Notes under the pieces: generated by a model
Told to the model about the DNA's origin: nothing
The model's database searches: none
What the model saw: only the letters and a program-made list of their open reading frames with translations
Shown here: one piece after another, positions 10,501 through 25,500 of the stretch
How positions within the stretch are numbered: position 1 is the first letter of the stretch
Layout of the letters: each line of letters starts with the position of its first letter
Made by a program: the position numbers and the translations under genes
Origin: Phoronis australis
Taxonomy: Eukaryota > Animalia > Phoronida
NCBI GenBank assembly: GCA_002633005.1
Contig: NMRA01000744.1
Coordinates: forward strand, 59,489-123,488
Direction of reading: 5' to 3'
Length of the DNA: 64,000 bases

Positions 10501-13500
10501 CAGAACACTACATAAAAATGACAAAGTTATGGCCATAACTCCTTACCAGGTCTTCCCTTGCCACATGGATAATGCAAGTCACAGATTTGTGTTCTTGGGT
10601 TTCTCATCCCCAATTTTATAATTTATTCAGTTAGTCTAACTGCGTTCAGACGACTGGAAGAGTTTAGCTTAATTTACACATTCATAAATTTATGAGATAC
10701 AGCAGCTTCACAGTTTCACTCTGCCTATCAGCAAATGCTTACCTGATTAGTTCGTCGCGTAGCGCCAGCTCGCGTTCATGCTCCGCCTTTTCGAGTCGTT
10801 CCCACGCTTTGTTGATGTCCGAAATCAGTTTGCCCTCCTGCGGGAAGTAAGGCTTCTGGTTGTTGGCTCTCATCTTGCTTTGTAGAGTGAAGAGAAGGAT
10901 CTCCAGGTTACCCTTCTCGATGAACCTGCACAGAAATAATATGCTCGCGTAAATTTGCAAAAGATACAGCGGTACATCCTACTTATCTTTCTCAAGGAGC
11001 CTTTATCAAGAGTCTATTTGTTTTCTACTTAACAACGAACGTGTCTAATGCAGCATGCAGACAGGTCAAGTCGAAATCAAGGACTACAAATTAGAAACAA
11101 CCTAAAATGCTGCATCTGATCTTGCTGCTCATACAAACAGCTTCAGTGTAATCTTGTTAAACTGAAGTATGCTAATTCACGATATTAAAAACATCTAATA
11201 TGTTCTCCTGCCACTTTAAAGGTTTCTAAGCATGGTGCTGAATGAGTCTTTCAACCCTAGTCTTCGAACTACACTTTTCGACCTCGTAAGTCATACATGG
11301 AGTTGTATACAAAAAATAGCCCGTGTAGACCGGGGTTTAAAGGATTTATACTTGGAGTGAAATTGTTCCAAGTAGTCTTCGAGATTGAAAAAATTGCAGA
11401 CAACAAGAGCGAAACGGTAAAATGCACACATTCGGGTCTGTAGTGAATACTAGGCAAAATCACATGGCCCTGAAACAGGAATCCTTATGAGGTTCGTGAC
11501 ACAAATACTGTTGTCTATAACTTTTTGGAGATGGATGCATTGCACAGCTTTCAATGTAGATAATGGTTTGTTGGACTTAAACTAGGCAGACAAGAAGCAC
11601 AACAAGGATACATCCCTTGGATCAGCCCTGACGAATTACATCAGTCAGGAATCCTGAAGGGGAATACAACAGTATTCATCATATCCAGGGACATGAGTCA
11701 ACACTGGTCAAAATCATGATGTTTTGATCGCTATCTCAATTCTTATTTTAATCATCATTTTAATGTACCAATTAACATCCCGATTTTATTCGTCACTTCA
11801 TTACCTGCTAAGAAAAGTGGAATTTAGTCAGAAAGAGCCAAGTAAAATTCAGAACCACCTGTCGACCAATGGCCGAGTTCATCAAAGGCACACGATGCAA
11901 ATTATACTGTGCTCAACCAACAAACCACAGCGGCGTAACCGTTACTGGCTTAGCGCGGTACCAACTACAATCCTGATTGAAGTTTTCATCTCAGTGCTCA
12001 AGGATACGGTTAAAACTGCATGAGCATCTCAAAGTGAACTTAACGGTGGGTTAGAATGATGATTAAAATAGCTTTTCGATTTTTATTAAGAACGTGTAGC
12101 TGCAATCAACCCCACAACCCACCTGGGTGGTTTCTCCACCGTGCGATATGTGTTGAACTGCATCAGCTGTGACTGTACGCCCTGCAGCGAGTTCTCAAAC
12201 TGGCGGTCATTCAGCACGCCAATCGTCTGCTCGATCCAGTCCAGGAGGTCAGAGGTCAGCTTCTCGTACTCCTGAATCATCTGCTCGTTCTCCATGGCGT
12301 TGTTCAGCACCTTGCCGATACGCTTGCCCTGAACGGACTCGGCCTTCATCTTGGAGAAGTAATGGTAGTACGTGACCACATATGTAATTATGGACTTCTC
12401 GTCCGGCTGCTCAACGGCCACATCTGACAATGAAGGTAATGACGATAACATTAATAATAATAACAATAACAGTAACAATAATCATGATAATGAAAATAAT
12501 GATGATGATGATGATAATAATAATAAAAGCAATAAAAATAATAGCAAAAAGTGGCCTATGATTGACCTCTGGATTTGTTACTAGAAATCAGTTATTAATA
12601 AATACGATGAAAAGAATTGTAATTGACTGACTTGTAAGCAGTGAAGATGATTACTCATTATCAACAATACACTGACCATGTCATTGCATTGATACTGACA
12701 ATAGACATGACAGTAACTAGTACAGCAACTGCCTCTAAATCAAAATCATGAAGAACAATAATTTTTCCAACACATTGTTAAACAGACATTCCAAGCCAAA
12801 AAAAACTACAGGAAAACAGTCCTGCAGGCTAAATTTTATTAAGCGATTTGCAATCCAGTTTAATATTACAATTGCGTGTCATTATTGTCCACATAGTATT
12901 CATAGTTGTTTGCTAACAAGTGGTGTTTGCAACATCAGATAAGAAAGCAGTTTGCCAAACAGGTCATCAAAATCACATCTAACATGTGAGGGAGGAAACC
13001 GAGGGGGCGGGGTCAGCCATTTCAAGAATGTTTACACCAACACTTAGATCCCAAAAGCTCAGAGGCTCAACAGATCAGAAAACATGTTATCTACCAGGAA
13101 ACACCAAGCGTTATGTTGATGTAGTCTTACTTAAACACAGCAGAGATCATGTTGTTGAAACAACCCCTGCTCAATAACGAGGAGGAACCAATGCACAAAA
13201 ATTCCACTTTACAATTTTATTCTATTTGTTTTGGTTTCAGACTTACATCAAACTAACAAGCTGACAGGAATGCTACTTTAAAATGATGAAACTGCTTTGC
13301 AATATTTATGACAGATCAAAAACTTCCAAATTTGTGGACAGCCTAGTCAAAAACCGATGAAAATCTACAATTTTTGCAGCGTTTATAGCAAGGAACATTT
13401 CTTTACTAGAAATGGCTTTACTATTTGAAAGCACGATTTTGCTTCAAAGTTTTGAAACTTGAAGCAAAACCAAAAACTTGCAATAGAAGCTTGCTAGACG

Positions 13501-16500
13501 TTAGCACAAATGTAAACCCATGTAACAAACACTTAATCTGTGCTTCTCGTTTTCAAGTTACATATTCAGTTAGAACCAGGGTTGAGTTCCGCCCACGCAA
13601 TTATCTCGCGAAGGAAGCTAGTATGATCACGTGCTTCACTGTACTACAGTTTTGCACTTTCGCACATGCCAGGCTAATTTTCCTTCGAGTTTGTGCCAGA
13701 TGCGACTTCAAATTCCACCAATCAGAACTCACCTTCAGCATCCAGAAGCCTGGTGAGGCCCAGTTTGTCCTCGGCCACGTTAAATGCATTGTTCAAATTG
13801 GGGATGGGGTTACCCTTAGTCAGCTTCTCATAGCTTATCAAGTCAGGTCTGAAAGAAAATAAAACGGGGTCAATCCACGGGGTCAATCCACGGGGTCAAT
13901 CCACGGGGTCAATCCACGGGGTCAATCCATGGGGTCAATCCACGGACCAACATATGCAGAATACATAACACAATTGTTTAAGTGTGTCATCAATTAAAGA
14001 GAATCGACTCAATCGCATCTCAATGAGATTAAAATGCTTGAGCAGTACCAACTGTAAGTCTTCTATTAAGCACGCACAACGGTGGACAAGAGAAATCTTG
14101 TTTCTTCAAATTTTGCATTCAAAATAAAAATTAGGAAAATTCTTAGTAAGTTATTCGCACGGTTTGCACTGTGTAGACGTCAGGGAACAATGTTTGGCAA
14201 GTTTTCTTTCCGTCAGCAGGTGAAAATAGAAAAAGATGTTAATTTTTGTAAACAATTTTGTGCAAAATCAGTAAAGAAGCACCAAGACCTGAGTCAATCA
14301 TGTTTTACAATAAATTCATACGCGCGTACATTGGGCGGATACAAAACCAGGGAGCAAATTTGGGAAAAGATGCCCATGGTTGAATCCAAACATTACTCAG
14401 TTTTAAAGTAACAGGCACCAAAACCATATTAAACTTTTAATTCACTGTTACACAAATGATTCCTACAGTGGTACAATATGGAGAAAAGTGTCTCAGGAAT
14501 TTTCTACTTAATCAAAGGCTACTGACACAGATTAAACTAGATGTCTATTTGGCACAGAAAAAGTATATGCCTGAGATTATCTTCGAATTTGGTTTTTGGT
14601 TCTTGAAAACGCCAGTGGCTTAAACAGCTCTATAAACTCACTTGCATTTTCGTAAATCATTAACTATTTGACCCAAGAATTTTTCTTTTAGCTGTCAGTT
14701 GATATTACTCAAATATTATTTTCAAAATTTTTAAAAATCAAGTGGGTCTCTAGTAGTGGCACGTTCTGCGCAAATTTTCATGACAAGTTTCAGTAATCTA
14801 AACCACCTCCACTTAAGACAATTTACAAGAGCTAACATTCCTAAACTGCTGAGGGTTGTTCCAGTAAAATTGATATGGGAGAGTGTAAGACACTTGAACT
14901 AAAAATTCTGCGTAACTATGGTCATAAAAAAGTCCTCGCTCTTGTATGAAATCATATATTATCAGCAGTTGACGCCTTTTTAATCCATAAATTTGACACG
15001 GTGGGTAATATCACCCACTCCACACAATGAGGTATATGTACACCAAACCTAATTTTCATGCACTCAAAACACTGAATTCACACTGCGCTACAATCCATTT
15101 CACAACTGGAAACTCTGAATGGTCGATACCATTTGGGATATAGAGAACAATAACCACAAGCACGTTTATTTTAGATCAGTCATCTTACTAAAGGGACAGA
15201 GGGAAGGGGACGTCTGCTACTGGTAGTAAAGTCTGAACACATCGTAATATGATTTCACACAATAGGCCGACTTGGCTTGTGCTCAAAATGGCCCACTTTA
15301 AAACTTTCGCATCTAATATGTTAATTTTAGTCAAACTTGAGATCTCCTTCTTGAGACAGACTAGAGACAAATTTAAGTTTTATTTCAAAAGTAACTGAAA
15401 TTGAAGATTTGTCTTAGCTGAGTCAGTTTTCTTGTAACGGGCCCCCTATGTTAATAATCAAAATAACCCTGAAGTGGACAAAAGTTTACGAAAGGCTGAG
15501 TATGAAGTGTTTTTTGTGAACTGGAGAATAATCGAGTATCGGTATTTCTGGATCATTCTATATTATAAGTCCATGCAGCATAACTGTCTAAATGTTTTAC
15601 TACCGATAACCTTGTAGAACACTATGACATTATTAAGTGAAATAAACATACTGAACAATATTAGACTGTTTTTGTGCATATGAAAGTTCATGTTTTGGTT
15701 GGCAGGACCAGTAGACCTTATACAAATTCAAGTAACTTAAGTGACCAAAAATATAATTTTAAAATAATTACACGTCGTTGAGTTTCAAAGTGATGAACAA
15801 TTAGGAGTGGCCGGTTAGGAAACTGAAACAAAACTATGGGTATTGGGTGAAACTAAGTGCCTTTACCACTTCTATACGGATTTAACTGGAACAGGCAGAC
15901 TTTAGTAAATTGACAGGTTCTGCAAACATTTTCATGTTAAGTTTTCAGTGAAATCACAAATATAGCCCTAAGTTATGAAGAATTTACCACAAATTAATAA
16001 CATTCCTAAGATGCTATGACACATTTCTAGAAACAGTCAACAATTTGTTCATTTAGCATAAACACCTTTATCATATACCAAGGTCAATCTAGGTCAGGTC
16101 AATGACTGAACTGAATAAAGATTCATACAACAAGTAAAGTGTAGAAAACAGTAACTCATGACCTGTCTCGCCCTCAAAGTGCGCACAGCACACTTGAAAC
16201 TGGAAATTCGGAAAACAAATAAATAATTCACTGCCCAGTTTCACAAGTCCATTGGTATCTAATTTCCTTTGCAAAAACGTAGAAAGTGAAATACACACTT
16301 AAATCAATCACAGTTTATTATTTTTTTGTTCCATGTACTCGTTTATTTGTAGAATCCAATTGGCTGTAGTTAAAGTCCAATGCATTACATGTACATGACA
16401 GTAGACAGTGAACACCTATCTGGAATAGACAGTGCTTCCCCAGGCCAAGTCTACTCTGAACAATTAGCCCTGGTATTCTTGACTGCTCATTGTTTGTACA

Positions 16501-19500
16501 GGGTATAGTGTCCCAGCTCAGGACAGCAAGTCTCAAATTTCACCCTCCCCTAGCTGAATAAACAAAAGAGGGTGATTGTTCAAATACAACTCTTGGAAGG
16601 TAATAAGTTCAATTGTGGTGGTGTCATGTCATTTAGAGTATTTATTTGTTGTGTTATCAGGGGTTATCAAGGCTGCATTTCATGGACCCAAGACTCGCCA
16701 AGCACTGACGGAACCGAAACAGAAAATTCTATCCCACAATTCAACATTCCAACCATCACCTCAATGGCTGCCATTGTGTTAGGGTATATAAGTGAGGTCA
16801 CTAGCAAACTTGCAAAATGTTCACCTTTTCCTCGCATGACTGTGCGTAGTCTTATGTGGGATCTTGCTTTTTCGCAAGAGTTGTATCTATAGAATGCAAC
16901 CGAGATTGTAAAATGGAATATGTTCTTGTACCGCTACATTGCTTGTCATGAGTTAGGGAGAACTGAAACACAATCTGCCATTAGTCTGTGAAGTCACGTA
17001 GTCGAGGAGTCACAGGAAGTGGTTTCCAACAAAACGTGTTTAAAAATAAATTTGTTGCCTAATACGCTAAAACAGAAGTAGTCTCTAAAAGCGGTCAAGC
17101 ATGTTTTCAAGAGATCTCTACATCCAACTACCAAGAAGTAAATCACAACAGCTTGACGTCTTGGGGATTAAATTTCGAATGGTTGAGAGTGCTAAGATTT
17201 CCAGGATGGTACAAAGTTGAAAAAGAATGACCTAAATAGACAAAATTTCACACTCAAAGTCGGAACAAATAACCACACCTTATTATTCCGCACGACAGCT
17301 CGTACTAAATATAACATTACCAACCGCCATAATACAAAAAACCTAATCCCTAGCCTGCAACGACTCTTTCATCATAATTATCACAAGCCCGTGTCAACTG
17401 GGGAGACGTTATCTGATTAGTCTGGGTGATTTTCTAATATTTATGACTCGCCAGGTTATCACGGGTATTGATTTTTTCTCGGACACATATAAAGCTCTAT
17501 GAATGATTCCGAGATGAGGTCACCTGTTCTGCATTGTGTGCTGACGTGTCTTCATCAGCTAAAAGCAATTCTACGTGTATATTACAAAAGGGCAATGGAT
17601 AAGATTAATTGAGGTCGAGGTATCGGTATGATAACCGATAATACTACATAAGCTATGTAGCATCTACAATTACAAAGATGGAAGTAAACACCGTCCAAAA
17701 TAACACAGACTAATGTCTGCACTAGCAATGAGTAACTAATACAACCTCGTTATAGCCACAAGGGAATAGAGTTGGATGATGTTGTTTGTAACAGTTGTGA
17801 CAGTAAGCAGCAAGAATGAATGTACGCGACTGTGCACGTCTGGCAGTGCCCAGTGCCAAACATTTCCACAGTACACATGCTACCTTTTAAATTCTACACA
17901 GCATGACGCCTTCAGTGCGTACAGCTGTGTGTGTTGAATATGATAGATCCACAAACCAATTTCCGCCACACCATATTTTCATTTCTGTTCCTAATGCACG
18001 CTTGCTGAATTTTTCACAATCATGCAAGCATGATAACCGAAATTGCACAAGCACCGACTAACTGTGTCGACTATTCCACAATCCTATCTCTCCTCAAGAT
18101 AAAAGTAAACTGTTAGCACAGCTACTATGCTAGCAACAATACTAGGTCTTTGCAAACACAGGAGGATCAGTCAAGCATGAACAGTGATTCAAGATCACAG
18201 AGCATAATTTCCCCAATACAAAAAGCATCACAAGATTTGTGGGGACTTTGGAATAGACACCGTAGCAGCAGCTCTGTTGAATATGTGTAGCCCACACCAC
18301 CACACTCACCTGTGTTTATGTATGAGAGCGTTGAAAGCGAGACCGTCGCGCCAACTAGTGGTGAAGTTGCGAACGTTGACATTGCCGTAGCCGGCTGTCT
18401 TCATCTGGCACCACAGTAGCAGAGCGTCCTTGGCCGACCTTGTCTCACTGTTGTCCGATTCCTCGACGGTGATGTCTTGGATCTGGAGCAAGGGCAATAG
18501 TTATCAGTACTTGGATAAAGTGTGACAGTGGTTCAAGTATTAGACACACGGTAGAGAGGCCATCAATCAGCAAGAATTCTCCATGAAAACACCCCTTCTT
18601 TATTGAGATTGGTCCAAGTCTTGAAGTTCTACGCGGCGATAATTAGGTCAAGCCAAAGTCGCAAACTTATTATTATAGTTAAATCAACTTAGCAATGACG
18701 AATCTCCCAGTTAAAATAATCAACTCCAATCCGTAACAGTGTTATCACGAGCAATTCGCAACTCTAAGATACACATTGCCACAGCTTCAGAAATTAATGG
18801 TACAGATTTTGCATAAACATTTTGAAAATGGTGGGCTTGACTTCATTATCATTCTTAAAGTTGGTGTATGAAATTTGCACTGCTTTATTAAACGAGGCAT
18901 AATTCCTGGCATTAAAAAACGAAGGTTAAAAACTCAGCGAGAATTGTGTTGGCTAAAACAAGAACATTCTGGTGAGCCTGAGTATAACTGAGTTGTAGAA
19001 ACTAGAAGGTAGAACATTATACGCATACAAATGTTTAGACAGTGAATTTTACACTTTAATTTCCAGGTAACTAATAATGACATTCTTTGCTTGTAGTCAA
19101 ATCAAACATCTAAAATAAGTCAGGCAGGTTAGTTCAGAATCCACATTAGCAATACAGGATTTGAGCAAATTTCTCTTCAATTCCAATCGATTTAAAAATT
19201 ATTTGGGGTGATAAGGATTCCAAGTCAACATTTAACTTCCGCAGAATAGCACATAAGTGATCATTCAATCATGTATGACTATAACGACAAAATCCTAGTG
19301 TAAGTAATTTATAACGGGCTATCTTAGATCATAATGTTACATTTACACAAATAGAAGCATGATAATTCTGAGGCGCTAAGAATTAGGTATAGATTCAGAC
19401 ATGCCACCTCTTGATAGAAACCCGTGCCTGACTGATCACACAACAGGTTTGTGACTCATCTATCGTCGTCCTCGGTGCATCGACTGCTGATCTCACCAAC

Positions 19501-22500
19501 CAGGGCACTTCACAATCAGGAATGTAATCAATCACACTACCACTATATCACCACCACAGAAATACTACACGCTAAATACAGGATGGAGATTAGGATGATT
19601 ATTTTGTAATTTATTGATTTCAAAAGTGAAATACTGCACTATTAAAAGTTCTGAATTTCCCATTACTAATTTAATTTAAAATGTGACTGAATTAAATTGA
19701 ACATTCAACTCTGATCACAGTAATAACAGATGTTTCTACCATGGGGGCTCCCTAGGTGAGCACCTGAAATAGATTATTCCAACCAACAAGTACAGGTGGG
19801 AGTGCCACAGATAAATACCCAGTTATTCTCATTTTATACAAATTTCCATTCAGCTACTCGTATTTTGAGATGCAGCAGTTCCCAACAAAGACAGTGATCT
19901 AATTGGACAAAGTTTTTGAAATGCGGTTGGAGAAAGATTAACACTTGTTGCTCATCCACTGAAACGTATAGGAAATGCTTTACCTAGCCAATAACAGACA
20001 GAATGCATACCTTTATGCATACCGAGGAGATCTTTACTCGTTTATTCAAATAAATGAACACACCTAAATGTAGGGGTTCCTGTGGTGACGTACTTAACAA
20101 AAAAACAAAAATAAATTTAGCTGTTTACATTTGGTGTGTTTGTTCAATATGTGGCACGACAGGCATTAGACTGCCAGCACCATCCAGAAAACACCATACC
20201 CTCATTTCTCCGATTTCGTGTAGTTTCGACACGATGGCAATTCCCCACAATTCCTAGAGCTGACGGCTTCGGGAGCTATCCAATAAAATACCAACATAAA
20301 CACTGGCCACAAATTAGTAAACAATGGCTATCATACCTGGAAACGTAGAATGATGGTCCAGATGAGACCCAGTGTGAGGCGCTGGTTGCCGTCGACGATG
20401 TCGTGAGCACCCATGTTTTCTAAATGCACTTTTTGTTCTCCTAGAAATGTGAGCGACTTGTCCACGTTCTCCAGGCAGTGAATTCTCATCTTTCCCCTTG
20501 TTGGTTTTGGCTGCAAGATAAGACGACTCTCAGTTGATGTGCACATTATAAATTTGAATGGCAAGTTACCGTATTAGCATGCATCTGCGCTCTAGCACCC
20601 ACCAACTCATACCGGTGGTGCTGTTTTCAAATGGTATAACAACATAAACTGACGTCACCGTAAAACGTGATACACAAAAATAAGGTCATGGCTTTATATT
20701 CCATTTTTGGTATTTTTAAAAAAGCAATGACCTCGAACACAAGGCCATCATAACATGAGGCCAGTAATCATTTTTCTTTTGTTTCCAGTCAAACAACATT
20801 GACGAAAATGTTAATTTCTGTCAAGGTTAATAAAACATTGGTAAAAGACGATAATAATACTTGCTGCAAATTTATCTTTTTGTTCATACCAGAATGCTAA
20901 CATCTCCAAATAAAACTTCATGGCCTTGTATTTGGAAATTTTAGTCACGGCCTTGTATTTGGACATGTAAGTCATGGCCTTACATGCCAGGTTTTATGGT
21001 AGGTTTTCACAATCAAAAGGAACACTGCTGTTCAGGTACCGGAACACGTCAACCAAATGGTAAACACTGTCAGTAAAACGTAACATTGATCACACCTTAC
21101 AAAACGTTCCTTGTAAGGAACTTAGTGACTAAGCGATTAGATTCAATCTCTTGGCCTAGGCTCAACCATGGGGCAAAAACTGTGGACTGGTTTCAGGAGA
21201 AGACTTCCAGCTCTAAACCAATTAAATGTCCTTACCATGTGACTCAACCCACACTGCAAATTCATCATAAAAACTTATTATTTCTTTCCAAGCTAACAAA
21301 AGGGTCATTATATTACTCTGAATCTAGTTCAACAAAATAGCCGACTAACCAGGCGTTCTCCTGAAAGAACTTCCAACAATTTGATGAGCATCTTTCCATC
21401 ACGCAAGTCCACGTAGAGATCCGTGATGCGACATCCCACGCGGGCCAAATGAGAGTTGACCCACTTTGTAAACGTCTTCTTCTGTACACCTTCACGCTCA
21501 TCTGAAAAGAGGCAACATTCAGTATTTATTCACAACTTCTTCATTCAGCAAAAATGAAAGCTTTTCAGTAAATTCTTAAGCATCTTGTGTGATTTTTTTG
21601 CTTTCTCACCATGAAAGTTGTATTTAAATTGTTGGACAAAAAATAATAGGATACACTTTTCTTTGTAGTATAGATCACCTACCGAGTCACCAATTTCCAA
21701 AAATGCTTTCTGTAGCAAGTAACCTGATGACAACATATGCGGAACCTAAGTCTTAAAGGGACATGCTTGAAGTTCATCCTTGGTTAATTTGACACATTCT
21801 ATTTAATTTGAATTGTATTTTTATTCTTTTTGCAGATTTTTATTCAAACAATATTAACTATCAATGAAGCTGCAGATGTAACCAAGGTGCACAATGTTAA
21901 CACCGTGTGTGTCTGACCAGCAGAATCACCATTATACTAGTTTTATTAAACGTTTCTGGCATCATTGCTCACGTCGGATGCAAACTGCATCGCAACGGTG
22001 CTGGGAAATAAACATCTGCGGGCATCTCAGTCATAGAGCTCCATTATTTGAACCGAAAAAACGAGAGAATACAGCTTTCTTGAACCAGCTGACGTTTTCG
22101 TAACTTGCTCTGTGTCACCACTTTTAGTTTAAGAAAAGTTACTTTTTAATTTTATTTTTATACAAATCAACTGAAAAGGTTCAAACTACCTTTCCCAGTA
22201 AGTGAAATATGCCAAGTTGACAAAGAAGACTTTCAAAAACTTAATATTTCCCTTTGATACGAAAAAAGATTAAAGAATATTGACTTTACAGATTATGTTT
22301 AACCTGAGATTGGCAGTATGTACTGATCTTTGGCAACTAGCCCAATAGGTAAATTAATTCAACCTTATTTGCATCAAAGCAATCTTCATAATTCTTTTAA
22401 AACGGCTGTATTTAACCGCCAACATACAGACAATTTCTTGAATTAAGGACACAACATGGTGAACAAGTTAAATTTTATTTTCTTATTTTCCCTAGAAGAT

Positions 22501-25500
22501 ACACAGCACCGTATTACCACTCTCCCAAGTTCTGCTACCACAGATACCACCTGACAATAGTTTGAAAATTTAGAGCCAATCGCAACTTAGAAGGCCTTGA
22601 AAATTTGAAAACATGGCAATTTTTGTTTGAAATTAGTAAGATTTTACCCAAGTCTATCAATACTAGCAAAGGCACCTGTCATCAGGACAAACACATTGGC
22701 AGTATACAGTTACTGGGAGACAAGGTAAACAGACAGAGGTTAAGAGGACAAAATTATGTTGGGTATCAATCCCAAAGCAGGCTCTTTCCTATGTGATTTT
22801 TCATCAGGTTAAATAATGTCTGCAACTTAAACAGACCAGGCAAATGTTGAGCAGCAGCGTCTGACGCTAAGAAAACACTGAAATCACAAATGATGAACTG
22901 GGTCAAACCTAAAGTCGCGAAACTGTTATAGTTCTGCAAACATCCAATAGGTGTGCAATTGCGACCCTTTTTTGAACAATTATTGTAAAGTGATCAGAAG
23001 TTGGCAACTAAGTTTGAATATTGTAGTAAATCTGTTATTTCAATTACTTCCCTGCATACCCAAACACAATCTCAAGAACAATACCCATAAAGACAAGAGT
23101 GGACTTCCATGTTGGCGAACATGATGAATTTGCACGTTGCAGAGGTCACAACTACATTCAAGTTTGTAAGACGCCATGAAATATCTGCAGTTACAATTGA
23201 CCCATAATAAAAAATGACATTTTCCTCAATTCTAAGTTGAGCATATACTTGTAGTGTCACCCCTGGCAATCTGAGGTCGCATGTTGCCACTGCATTTTGT
23301 CACAGTAAGACCTGAATAGTATTTATAAACATATCCTTTGAGATTTCACTTCAATCTTTTCAATGATTGATGTAAATACAACCCACATACTGAATATTAT
23401 TTGTCGCATGAACGACACAATATTATAATTATTCATGTTCTGCTCAAAGGTTGACCTGAATGTTTGTGAGATATTATCAGCGCGTAAGGTAGAACAAATT
23501 TCAACAAAACTATACAACAATGATCAGTTGCCAGAGGCCTGAATGTGCATAGGAATGAATTAGGAAGAATTTAGGGTATGAAGATATTTTATGAGCATAA
23601 TGTATCAGACAACACAATTGCACCTATATCCTTGGAAAGACTTAACATGAAAAGGACATAACTACAGGGATAATCAGTGGCTAGTATCTGTGGCCTGCAG
23701 TGCAAGTACAATTCAGGCCATCACTTAAGATAAAAGCAAAAATGGGGGATGCCAGATGCACCAAAAAGCACCTTCATATAAATTTAGGTCTGTGCCATTT
23801 TTTCCAGTAAAGTAGGTATTAACGACAGAAGAAATAAATGTTCTGTGAAACAATAACATTTCTAGAAAAAAATATTAAGCTCTTGACAGAACTTGGTATT
23901 TCAAATCCTGAACAAAAAAATCGAGTGATGTGATTACCAACGAGTGAAATGAACTAGTTTTCCGTTTCTTGCCTGGGCAGAGGATATTGAAACTCCAATA
24001 ATGACTATCTAGGGTTGTACAACTGGACAGATTTCCTGGTGTTGAGCAGGTCTTGCCTGCATGAGCGATAACGCGTCTATTAAAAACATGATTCACATGC
24101 TATGACCCAGTGTCAACAAACTCACAAATGAAGTCAAACACAAACTTATCAAGTAACTCAAGTCACCCGCCCAAGTGACTAAAATTTGTCTAATCCAACA
24201 TAATGTTTCTGATGGGAACAGTTTACTCCATGTTTGCACAGTTTTGCCAGATATCAAAGGAACTACAACTTGAGTTACACCCACATACAGCCCAAATGCA
24301 AAGCTGGAAATCTATCACTGCCATATGTCACCCCACAGGAAACGAAATTTTGTAAATTGAGTTTCAGTGGGTCATCGTCACAAGAGTTATTTGTAAGCTG
24401 ACAAAAGTGTATTCAGCTTGGAGTGTCAGGAAAAATGAAGGAGAGATTGGTGTAATAGTGCCACAAGGAATGAAATGTTGCTAGTTTGTGTTTCCAAGAT
24501 CAGCCACCACAGGAGCAAATAATATTTGGTAAACAAAAACACCAACACCACAGCAAGTATGGCAACAAAATAATCAGTAGACGAAAATTTCTCAAAGGCA
24601 CAATATTGGAAAACTCAACTTTTTCAAATTTCACTCAAAAATGATTCAACTTGTGTGCACTTATAGTGATTTACTAGAAAACCTAATAAAATATTATGTT
24701 ACAAAAAGGACAACCTTATTTCATGACAAGAAGAGAAGTCAACAACGGGCGATTTAGAAAGGCACAGTCTTAGTCTCGACAACCCAAACCTAGTCCAAAA
24801 AGGCGGGAAAACCCCACTCACTAGTCCATCTGCTTCATCTAAACTTCCGCAATTATGGCAATCTTAAATTAGTAAAGAACTAGTTTATTTATAGATGGAG
24901 ATAAGGAACTGAGAGCTTAGTATACTAACAGTCTTGAAACAGTTCAAAAACAAAACCCTTTTAAATTTCAAAACAGCTAAACACTGTCCTTAAATCAGCT
25001 GTAAGCAAGGGTTTCATATAAAAGTAAACCTTTAATCTAGACCACTCCCCACTATAAAAGAGCTCTCAACTTGTTACTTGCTTAGATGACAAGTGATTTC
25101 TGGATTTACAAAATCATGCTTGGTGCATAAAATGACACCCCGTGAGAAGATGGTAAATAAGTAGAGACTGGTATCAACAAATCCATTGGGCAACTGTCAG
25201 TTCTTTTGAAGCACTGAAATCGCCTCTAATTTTACAAAATAAGAATTTGAGGTCAACGGTAAGTAGTCTCAGTCAAAATTTGTGTTTGTAATATCAGGTG
25301 GGTTTCTTGTTGCTTTCAGAACTTTTTTGCCACTTAAAAATGCACGACCAATCCTAAATCGTTAGACTGAAAGTATTGCAACATGTAAATATGTGGTGAA
25401 AGAGATACGAGAACGACATCAAACAACTATTTTGAAATTCATCTTCTCCACATCATATCTACCTGCCAGCCGGCGCACTTTAGATATGAACTCCGACTCC

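Larger units (their letters stand above)
7317..12487. other. Apparent 2.6-kb tandem duplication (7317-9894 / 9896-12487) joined by a single N; probable haplotypic assembly artefact
   Basis: Copies abut N9895 exactly; exon differences are all synonymous; duplicated exons total 742 nt, which is not frame-preserving. Confidence 0.85.

Noticed and set aside
7317-12487. Genuine exon-block duplication giving a spectrin with extra repeats
   Set aside because: Junction is an N, differences are allele-like and all synonymous, and 742 nt would shift the frame
12372-12584. Poly-N/D ORF and poly-L leaders on ORFs 9493..9885 and 12086..12478
   Set aside because: Translation of the intronic AAT/GAT microsatellite; the true exon starts at the acceptor (12423 or 9830)
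13247-13260. Possible 6- or 14-nt microexon with a gtaagt donor between exons 5 and 6
   Set aside because: Both forms create an immediate stop in phase 1 and lack supporting flanking signals
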